Shown: piece after piece, positions 52,119-62,550 of the stretch | Layout of the letters: every line of letters begins with the position of its first letter | Numbering within the stretch: the first letter of the stretch is position 1 | Source: Bigelowiella natans CCMP2755 | Lineage: Eukaryota > Protista > Cercozoa | Direction: 5' to 3' | DNA: 64,000 nt | Assembly: GCA_000320545.1 (NCBI GenBank) | Contig: ADNK01000029.1 | Span: 141,057 to 205,056 of the forward strand | The notes under the pieces: generated by a model | Told to the model about the DNA's origin: nothing | Databases searched by the model: none | What the model saw: only the letters and a program-made list of their open reading frames with translations | Made by a program: the position numbers and the translations under genes

Positions 52119-53711
52119 TTAAGGCAATTTGGAACGGATTTTTTTTGGTTCAAGAGTCTTCGTTATTTCCCTGTCAATCGGTGAAAAACTTCCCCCATTC
52201 ACGATTTCTCCATTCTGGGATACTGCTTTCGTCTATGATAAAATGTTCTTCGTTGGCGTCATCACTGAGCGAAGTATACGAATAGAAACACATGCTGAGA
52301 TGATTTATTACTTTTTGTGATGAGATAGAAGTTTATATTTACACTTCTCCCGGGCGAGGTGGCTTTAATATGTCAAAGCCCGCCTTGGCTGGAAAATAAA
52401 TACAAAAGAATCAATGTTTCCACTTCAAATTTTGATCAATTTAATGACACTCATCTCCAGGCCAGGTCCGAAACCAGTCATCATCGTCATCCTCTTCATC
52501 TGGTTTTGGCAGACATACATTTTAGTTCTTCATATTGTAAAAACTGATAATGGTCGACAACTTTCAAACTCTTCTTCACTATCTGAAAGCTCCGTTTTCA
52601 ATTCGGCAATCTGATTAGAGGAGTAAATAGAAGACAATGAGTGCAGTTTTGATTATAGTGAAGCAGGGTACATACCTCCTTAGTTATATCTGCCAAGGCT
52701 TGGTCCAACTCCATCGAGGTTTTGGCTTCTTTTGCAGCTTCTTCTGAGGCAGTCTACATAAAATTGCGATGAGCATAGGATAAATAAGCTTGTGAGAAAA
52801 TATTACCTGAGCATTAGCCGCTGCCACGTAGGAATCAGTTTTTGGATCTACGAGTCAAGAATGGCACACATCAGTTTGCGCGAAAACACAAGCATTGAAA
52901 TATTTGAAAACCGTTGATTGACTGAATGGATTCGATGTTGCTTTCCTAGGAAAATTATAGTTTAGACAAACATTTCACTTAAAGATCAAGTTTGAAGAAG
53001 ATGGTACCTCATCCACGACGAAGGAAGATGTGAGCGTCTTATACCACTCTTCGTCATCTTGATCTTAAATGCAGAATAATATGTGACACAATGGTCAAAC
53101 GGTTGAAATTTTACAACCTTTGCTAGTATCATCATCTTCGATTTCATCTTCATTCCCCGGGACAGCATCTGTGATTATATCCTCATCTGGCTCTGGTTCA
53201 TTTGGCTCCTCGATATCAAGCGATGCATCAATGTCGAGGGGCTCATCTTCCATATCTCCATCGTCCACGTCCGAGCGCACAATAAATCTAGAATTTCTCT
53301 TCCCACGTATTCCGACATTGTTTAGCATACCGTGATCCTGGATTACTATTTTATGACTCGCTACGGGATTGCTGATAGGTCACAAGATGATGTTAGAAGT
53401 AGCTCATCAGTTAAAATAATGAATAGATGTACATACCATACGCTATGAATGGTGTTCCCACAATGCCTCCCGCTCGTAAAAATTCCCTTTTCGTTCCTCA
53501 GTGAAACAAGGGGCGTTCTATGATGGCTCCGGATCACTGAACTGCGATGGGATCTTGCCACCCGCCAGTTCTCCGGTCTGTCGTGCTGGATGGAAATCAT
53601 GATCACCAGAATCACGGCCATTGGCCAGTGGCTTCGGAGATTACAGCGATGGCGCGTGCCTCTGGTACATTGCTGAACCTCCTGGATGGAGCTCGACACA
53701 ACGGATTCCAT
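52119..53711 (-). CDS. Unknown acidic protein with hydrophobic segment and Arg/His-rich transit-like region
   Basis: MESVV...HWPMAVILVIMISIQ, then HDRPENWRVARSHRSSVIRSHHR..., then D/E-rich exons (DVDDGDMEDEPLDID..., DEEDDDDW), ending ...KKIRSKLP* at 52119. Start could lie upstream (54114). Confidence 0.55.
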
Positions 53712-54859
53712 TGATATGTCTATGTGTACCCCCCTCCAGATTTCGGCGACCCGCTTTGTGTGTGAGTCGGATATGGCACCACAGGGCGTTGTCGCACGCA
53801 AAAAAGAGCAAGCAATTCACTCTCAGCGATTGCCCTTGTGAACGACTCCAATCGAAAAGCGGAAATTTCGATCCTTTTCCGTCCTTCTCCTCCTTCTCTC
53901 GATGAAAACATGCTGCGTCTTTCTCGTCCGTTAACCTCTTCCAACGAAAATGGGGAAAATCGGTCCCAATTAATTGTCGTAGGCCCAGGATGACCTCGAA
54001 CATCGTGCATTGCTGGTTTGGGTGATCAATCTTGGTCACATCATAACAAAACCCGGTCCCGCCACGGATACGCCCCTCCAGCCTCTCCGCCACCGGCCAA
54101 CATTTCGAGACCATCTCAGGCCCTTGTATGTTTTTTTATGTTTTAGTGGAGAGTGTCGTAGTTGTTGAGTGAAGAAGGGGATCATGGGATGATAGATTGG
54201 CGCAGGGAGATAAAATGCAAGGCGAGACTAGCTCGAGTGTTGGCAAGTGAATTTCGCAAACGGTCACCGAAAGCGCGTTCTGAGGGCAAGTAGAATGAAC
54301 ACAGTCTCTATCGATCTAATGTAACCTTGTACGCCAGGGAAAGCTAAGTTAGGCCGATTGGCTTTGCACAAGTAAGCCGACGGTGAGTGGATATTCATGA
54401 AGATAAGATCAACTACCTCATTCTTTCTTCTTCATCAACTTCGAAATATTCCACCAAGACAAAGTATTTTTCCGAGTATGACAGAATTATAGTAATGTCA
54501 GATGCATTAAAATTTTACAATCAGAAGGGGTTGGTATAAAACTTACAAATCCCACTGAGGGTGAGAAGAATCTACACTGCGTATGATAAGATTCTGTTCA
54601 TTCCGCAGATCACTTAAGGCGAAATACGGAATTAAGTAAGGAAACGGAGTGCCAGCTACTAGCTTTGGAGAAAGCAGCTTCAATGCTTCAAAACGAAAGG
54701 AATCAAGGGGAAGGCAAACAGTTCGAACATGATGGATCACGAAAAGTAGTATTCGTTGTAGAGCCGTCTTCTTCCTTTCACTATTAGATATTAACAACAC
54801 AAATATTCGCATAACTTATATCCACCACACCTAGATTCTTGACCAACTCGTACATTGTA

Positions 54860-56321
54860 GGGAAACGACGGAGGAAGCAGGGTGGAAGAATCTTCGCTTG
54901 AAAGTGAAGGCAAAATCGTGTTTGCAACCGCAGAGAATTACGTAGACTGCGGTGTTTACCTTGGACAAACGCTTTCGATGCACGGATTTGTGCACGAGTT
55001 CGAGACTGATTTTAAATCTGTGAAAGACAAGGTTGCAGCGTGCAACTGTCTCTACGATCTCATTCGCGACCGACAAAGGCTGCAGCAGTTGCGTGAGGAT
55101 CTAACTGTGGAAGTGACGCGAAGCCAAGGGCGGAATCGCGATATATCTCGAATTCTTGAACAGACTAAGGCTGAGCTCATAAAGGCACGCAGGCAGCATT
55201 GGATAGTTGAGGAACGTCTTAGCCTTTTGCAAAAGGAGTCACGAGCGGCAGAAAAGAAATTGAAACTTCAAATGAACAAGCTTTCAAAAGAGAACGTAAT
55301 GATCCGCAACAGGGACAAAGGCTATCAGGCCAAGATTAGGAAGATCGAACATGAGGCGGTAAGACTCAAAGACAAGCTGGATCGAGCTCAGCGCGCAAGA
55401 AAGGGATTACCAAAGGACGCCAAAATTGAGATTGTGAGTGCGGTTAAGCGTGGTAAGAAAACTTCAGGATCCAGCAACGGCGATGAACAGCTGATGAAGG
55501 AGACTCTTTCTGCGTATGAACGTAAAAATAGTGAGCTTGCCGAGGAGAATGCTCGTTTGCGAGCCGACTTTCACAGCTATCAGCAGAAGTTAGATGGGAT
55601 TCTGGACCGAAAAGTGGTGCAGATAGAATTGTCTAAATCTATGGAAGACGCACTCGCCGAGTTTAATCCCTGCATGTTCGACATGCCTTACGACATAGTT
55701 GAGAAGTATATATCCAATGGGCTGGACGCAAGGCTCCTCCAGGTACGACGACAGATGGAACTCATAGATACCAGGTCCGCGGAGATCGAAGTTGCCAATG
55801 CTGAGCAACTGGCAGAAGTCGTCAACGAGCAAAGAGCCATTTTAAAGGAAACAGACTACATCATGAGGTCGCATCTGCTATCTGGTCAGGAGAAAGGGGA
55901 ACTCCACAAGCAGCATGGAAGAAACAAGCCTAGCATGGCAGATTTAAAGTCCGTTGAATTAGAGAGAGCTGCGCTTGAGGAGCTGAAAGTGAAATATGTA
56001 AAGCATTTAGTGGAGGTGGACGAAATGAAGCTCAGTCTGAAGAAGGAACTTGCTGATCAAAATGAGATGGAAGAAGAGGAGCGCAAGAGAAAATCTGAAG
56101 ATGAAAAGTCAAAAACTTCAGAGTCGGGCGGGCTCCTCGCTTACATCAAAGACGAGGCAGAAGATGGCCAGCAAAGTGATGTACCTGACCAAGGAGTTGC
56201 AGCTGTCGAGGAGATAGCGACATTGGGTACAAGCACATTAGATCAACACGTTATGGACGAAATAGAGCGTATCCTGCAAACGGACGATTCTGACTTATTC
56301 AGCGAAATGGTCTTAAGCTAG
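54860..56321 (+). CDS. Afadin/alpha-actinin-binding (SSX2IP/Msd1/ADIP) family coiled-coil centrosomal protein; true start upstream, unresolved
   Basis: FATAENYVDCGVYLGQTLSMHGF...CNCLYDLIRDRQR...RE.L resembles the ADIP N-terminus and is followed by a long coiled coil on one long exon. Confidence 0.75.
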
Positions 56322-56547
56322 ATCAAGAAATTTATTGCTGGCATCCTATCCAGCCTCGTTAGACAGGTACTTGGAAATTTGTTAATCTGCTCTCAGTACG
56401 GTTTTGGGGAACCCTTTCGCGGCAGTTGCACATCGCAATTCTGCCACTTGCATGTACCTAGCTAGCTAGTAGCGCTGGCTGTCGACTGAATTGACATGCG
56501 TGCATGCTGTGGCCTATTAGTTGTGATGCGATGCACCTATGACTAGA

Positions 56548-56768
56548 TGAGGAGGATGTTATGAAATAATTACATTTTTTGGGCATAGCTAGATAGTCAG
56601 TCATCCTACTGTGAGACGGATGTAATGAATAAATTAAGTTTGTTCAATATTGTCACCATGATATGTAGCTGTGCAAAGCAGCGGCTACAGCGCTTATGTT
56701 GAATCTATTTGTCTTTGTTATTATGTGCTTCATGCATTCTAATGTAGCTGTGCAAAAAAGCGGCAGTG
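56548..56768 (-). repeat. Tandem cluster of two complete and one partial repeat-family copies
   Basis: GAGGATGTTATGAAATAATTACATTTTTT...GTCATCCTA, then TGAGACGGATGTAATGAA...ATGTAGCTGTGCAAAGCAGCGGCTACAGCGC, then TTCTAATGTAGCTGTGCAAAAAAGCGGCAG. Confidence 0.82.
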
Positions 56769-57460
56769 TGTCGTACGCGTCACTAATGCATGGCTACGCA
56801 GTAGAATTAATGCCATCATTGATGAGCGCTTTGCTCCTCTAGTGCTACGCTGGTATTTAGTATATGGTGCGCAGCTAGATAGCTAGCTAGCTAGACAGCT
56901 CTGCTAGAGCTTGCTGTACATATATTCGAGCATTGCTAGATTATTGTTTGACTACATGCATGCGCACTAACAGACCTACACAGCTCTAGAGCTTGTATAC
57001 CTGATACTTGCGACAGCTACCACAGCTAGATAGCTCTCGATAGCCACACATCTTAGGCACCAACAGCGCTAGAGCGCGCAGTCGCCGCAGCGTCGTGGTT
57101 TTGCATTGTTAATTGTTAATTATAATTACATGACTCTGATCGTCTATGTATTGGCACAACGTACGCACATTATTGTGTCACAATTGGCATGCATATACGC
57201 TAGTACGCGCTTAGCTAGTTAGCCTGATTGGATACGCTGCGACAAATGCAGCTCGCTATCCGCTTACTAATGGCATTCTACATGCCGCTGCATGTTCTTG
57301 TCCTTAACGCAGGAAGTTGCAGGCTACAAACTCGGCGTGGCCTATGAGAACTCACAAAACAATCGCTCGCGCACAGGATCAGCACCCTACCACCATGACC
57401 ATGAGCAGCAAGATTGAAAGCGATACTTCTAAAAGTTTATTTTCCCATAGTCTTATCTAT

Positions 57461-59798
57461 CTAGTTATTATTGACAACTTCCTTGCAACCTGGATCACCC
57501 ATAGGTCGAAGATTTGAGCACTTGTATAAGCCTAAAGAACAAATTTCAATTCGTCAGCGATGTAGAGTATTGCGCAGATATGTGCGTTACTGGAAATTGG
57601 AAATATATTAGAGCATCAATTGAATAAGAATGACGCATTCTACTCGCGTACACGTGGATTCTACGTCAGAGTAATAAACAACATGTATCGCTAAGCTAAC
57701 ATGGGAGTCACAATTTGCAAAATTTAAAATATGCTACGATTTTCTATCGCGATCTCCTGAAAAGTGCGCCCGTCACGAAAACTTAACTTTGGATCAATGT
57801 GCGGTATGTGTGTAAACCTGCAGCAATATATTTCACAAAATCTTGTTATCAACCGATCCCATACTTTTAAAAGAAAGACTCCATCGACCATATCGCCATT
57901 GAATGCCGGTGTCCACGACCGAAAATCGGTCTAACTGCATGCAGATTTCTCTCGTTTCCTCTATATAGGATTAAATTTCCACCTGAAAAAACCAATCGCC
58001 TTTGTTCAGTGGGGGAATAATAGTGTGACCTGCCTTCGGCGCAGAAAGAGAATATTACATTTCGGTCTGAGCTTTACCCTACCGAAGAACAGGTCCGAGA
58101 AAGTTGCGAAAATTTTGTCAGCCCATCTATGGAAGGAATCACATCATAGCACATTTATCAATAAATAGACCTAACCAAAAGTAATGGATCAAACCCATGG
58201 TTTGAGGAGACAGCATCGTCGATGAACATGATTTCTGCTCCAGAGAATTTATTCAACATTTCCTCCGTGTCGAGGTACAGCAGTGCACTATGTGTTCTTT
58301 CTGCAGAATAAATAAGATAACTAATTATGAAATAAAACTTAAAGAAAACGCACCGAAGTAAGAATGGCTTTGAGGAGAAGATCTCTCAGCAAAATAGTCC
58401 TTCAACTTATAAACGTGCGAATCGGCATGTAGATTTAGACCTGAGGGAACATGAGAAATGAGGATCATAGATATGCTTAATTGAAAGATGTGCAACCTCC
58501 GCTAAATAGGGAGTCAAACTGGAATAGCATTGGAAACCACCAGTGGCATAGTCCGAAAGCCTCAACGATCTGATTCCAAGTTCATATGAGATCATTTACT
58601 GAGGAAATGAGTTGCTGGCCATACTGATGGACATGAGAACGCATCCAAGTACTTTGAAATGTCCTCCCCATCTTTCACCTGAATATTGACAAAAGAATTC
58701 ACATTTAATTTGTGTTCAAATGTTTAAAAGAACGTGTGTGTGTGTGAGAAGGGCTAACCTTTTCTGTAAGATTTTGGTACAATCGATTCGAAAAACGAGC
58801 GACTAGAGAAGCACTATGCATTGACACGTTGGGCAACTTCAGGCGATCTTCAAGAAAGTCGTGAATTTTGTTTTGAAGGCTAAGAGAACGTAGAGAATTA
58901 CGATGAGAGATGTGAATAGTATGTTTAAAAGATTATTCAAACCCGAAGATCATATCGGCTATGCGCGTATCGTTTAGTTTTGGAGGACTGAGATCCGTGA
59001 ATGAAAAAACAGACCTATGTTTTGCTTGTAGGAGCTGATTTGAATGTAAACACGAGGTTGTTCAGATATAACAATTTTACTCTATATCTATATCATTCTC
59101 ATTCAAGCATGAAAAACCGGAGAATGAGGTCCGATTTCTCCATCGAGTGCCATTCGAACTCTTTCGTTCATATCCACTTCGGTATCCTCCTCTACGAGTC
59201 TGGATTTCATTTACATTTTAGAGTGAAGAAAATACTAGCAGACCATAAATTCATACTCGACTAGTCTTTCGCATGTTTCATCGTCGACGAAGTTCTCCAC
59301 AAGGACCCTTAAAATGTTACGTAAGCCACAGTTGGAAACACTCAAAAGTAGGAGGAGGTAACCTTTCTGCTGTGTTGTGGATGCTTGGATCGTACCAGTG
59401 AATCCAAAAGTTCTGGTTATAACCAGAACTTTTTCAGATATAAAAGTTAAGGATTCGTTGGATGAGAGACCTTCAGAAAAATGTCCAAAATTGCTTCAAA
59501 ATGGCAAAGCCAGTATGGAAGGCCTACACTCTCTGCCACAGGCCGTAACCATAAATCTTCATAGGAAACGGCGATATGATAGACTCTGTACATTGCATTT
59601 GAACAGGGTTTCGCCCAATCCTGATGAAGGCAAAATTTTTACTCTCTTTGTACGAATACGCTCAGCATGAAGAACCTGCAATTGGTGTTGGAGATAACGA
59701 GAATACACACTTCTATTGCCGTGGGGAGGCATTGTGCACCAGTGAAGAAACACTGCCACAATGATGACACGCACAGTCGTTGAGGACAGAATCATCAT
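57461..59798 (-). CDS. 2-oxoglutarate/Fe(II) dioxygenase (prolyl 3-hydroxylase/OGFOD3-like) with signal-peptide-like leader
   Basis: Hand-spliced exons give VLVENFVDDETCERL, LNLHADSH (HxD), RTHSALLYLD...FSGAEIMFID, GNLILYRGNERNLHAVRPIFGRGHRHSMAIW|FT (distal His, 2OG-binding Arg). Leader MMILSSTTVRVIIVAVFLHWC. Confidence 0.78.
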
Positions 59799-60109
59799 GG
59801 TGGTTCCAGAAAGCAACCGCAAGCTTCTTTTCCCATAGATCTAGAGACAGGGCTGATTACCCCATTTGAGCATCTGGATAATGAGTCGCACAGAGCGAAA
59901 TAATAATGATAAGAATTCAATAAAAATAAGCGAAATAATAATTCGTCGGCGTTGTCGCATGATCTCGGGGATATCTCGAGGAGATCAATCTGGTGGCTCC
60001 AGAGTTGGTGCGGGGAAGGGACTGAGGAACTCTTCACGCGGGTGGTTCTCTTCTTCTCTCTTCACACAAGTAACAATCCTGGAAAGGAAGGAAAGGAAGG
60101 AAAGCAAGA

Positions 60110-61511
60110 ATGGGCCGCGACGGACTCAACACAACAGTTTCAGATGCTGAGAGCATCCGTGGAACCAACCCACAGTTCCTCATCGAGAAGATTACACGGA
60201 TGAAGGTAAATAAACTTTCAGTGTTACCCGTTGCATGTCTCACCGCAAGCCTGACGAGAAAGAATGTTATTATATCCTTGTAAAGATATACGACGATATG
60301 TACTGGAAAGAGCACTGCTTTGCGCTCAATGCGGAAGGAATAGTGGACAAGGCCGTCGAACTGAAGTGAGCCTAGATCAGATTGCGCATTCATGAATTAC
60401 GACAAATGATAATTAACTGCGATACACAGGTATGTTGCAGGGGTCTATGGAGGAAATCGGAGACCGTCTGAGTTCATGTGCTTACTGCTCAAAATGCTTC
60501 AAATCCAGCCCGAAAGAAGTATAGTACTGGAGTTAATTGCAAACAATGACTACAAGTAAGTTCGACTACAAAGCATGCATGGGCCACAGTTTTGGCACGG
60601 GTTACTGCCTAAACACCGATTTTGTTGATTAGGTACGTTAGAGTTTTAGGAGCAACCTACCTTCGACTAACAGGAAATGCACAAGAAATCTACCAGGTAA
60701 TAATCTGCACTCGGTTGAGCTTATGTGAGATTTACACTCACTCGTCTTTCTTTCATCAGTTTCTAGAGCCTCTTCTCGTGGACTATAGGAAAATCCGATA
60801 TAGGAATGTGGAGGTGAGCGATAACTGCACGCCACTTTGATAAATTCTGCAGTGCTAGTTGCTCATAATGTGGTTATTAGGCAAAGTACGAGATGAAGCA
60901 CGTCGATGAGATCGTCGACCAGCTTCTTGTAGGAGGGTCAGCTTTTGATATTGCACTTCCACGGATACCTGTTCGATGGCACTTGGAAAAAGTTGGAAAG
61001 CTTCCTCCTCGGAAAAGCAAATTAGAGGAGATGGATTTTTTTAGTGATGACGAAGAGGGAAGCGTAGACAACGAGAAAAACGAGAAAAAAGCCTTTTTGG
61101 AGCTGGAAAAGGAGAAAACAAAGCCTGAGGCGATTGCATGGAAAAGAGAAAAGGATGATAAATCTAATGGGAAGAAAGGTAAATCGGATAGCAGGAATCG
61201 TGATAATGTCAAGAAGCGCGCCGATGATACTGGGAAACGCAGTGACGATGAAGACTCCGATGATAGCCACGACGATGATAGACGAGAGAGAAGGCGAAGG
61301 CGACGGGACCACAGTCGAGATTCATCGAGGGGCCGGAGAAGGGATCGGAGCCGTGATCGTGATAGGCGTCGAAGAAATAGATCGTCTGATTCACGCCGGC
61401 GTCGCGACAGATCTCGAAGGTATCTACTACCACCTCGTTATGAATAATTGATCCTGTGTCTCAAAAGTTCTTTTTATCAGCCGTAGTCGCGAAAGAAGAC
61501 GAAGAAGATAG
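60110..61511 (+). CDS. PRPF38A: Pre-mRNA splicing factor PRP38(A) with RS/RD-rich tail
   Basis: IRGTNPQFLIEKITRMK|IYDDMYWKEHCFALNAE, GGNRRPSEFMCLLLKMLQIQP, YKYVRVLGATYLRLTG, FLEPLLVDYRKIR, HVDEIVDQLL...DIALPRI. Stop 61509-61511. Confidence 0.96.
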
Positions 61512-61518
61512 AGACGTA

Positions 61519-61570
<52 letters not shown>

Positions 61571-62550
61571 ACGGAGAGTACTGGTTTGTCGGAGGCATAA
61601 ATGTATTGCAGAACGATCTCTAAATCTATATCCTTTGTACGTGAATTATGATCGGATCAGACACTACGTTTTGACTGTAGTGAAGCCGTAGCTTGCCCAC
61701 ACCTAGAGATATTAGATGCTCTCGCATCGAATTGTACGATGCGCAAAAAAATGAAAAAAATAATGTCTAACCACAGTATTGTCTATGCTGTCGAAGTTTG
61801 TATGCTCATAAATACTTTGCGCATCGGGTTTCCACGTGTGACATCACATGTAAGCAATGGCTATATCTTCAGATATAATGTGGACTTTGCACATGCAATG
61901 TTAGTTATCCCATGCGTGTGTAGCAGGCACATATGTATGTGTCATCATCTAACTACACACCATAGCATCCAATATCGATCGATACGGTCGCTCGCGTCTA
62001 TCAACAGCGCGCACGTAGCATCGCGTCTATACTATGACACGATGGCGGTATGCAAGCAATGTACAAATGTGCAGCGCTGCAGCAGTGTTTTGAGTGCGCG
62101 CAAGCTCACACGAAAAATCCCAGCTGCGTGCGAACATGTCTCACTTTCTCACTACGCGCTGAAGCTTTGTTCGATCAAATCGCTTTCAAAAGCTCGGCTC
62201 GCGCTTGCTCAAACACAAAATTTGTTGCAGGTTTGACCGAGCTGTGATGGCACGCAGATGGGCATTCATCATGGTCGGTATGATCGTAGCACAACATGAT
62301 CACAGGCCAGCATCGTGTGTCATGAAATCAGACGGATGCAGCGTGCACCGAATAATTGTCCGGCCTGCTAAAAGATGATACCTACTAAAACTATTATCAT
62401 TGTTTTACTAACATGCATGTGCAATCTCCCGGTCCTCCACTAGACTAATTATGAGACAGCACTTAAATAAAGCATCGCACTGCACATAATTATGTGTTAA
62501 ACAACTGTGTGCACACTTCCATCCGGAAAACGAACCTATTTGTTGTGTAT

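Noticed and set aside
53641-54114. 157-aa minus-strand ORF as a separate gene
   Set aside because: No domain recognised. It may be a 5' exon or UTR of the 52119-53711 gene or promoter sequence; this cannot be resolved without RNA data.
21876-56768. Repeat family read as a CRISPR array or C/D snoRNA
   Set aside because: Copies are dispersed, degenerate and in both orientations with no regular spacers or cas genes. GGATGA is not a full C box and there is no conserved terminal CTGA D box.
61739-62236. 165-aa plus-strand ORF
   Set aside because: It lies in a palindrome-rich convergent spacer, has Cys/His/Ala-biased composition typical of RY-alternating DNA, and shows no recognisable domain.
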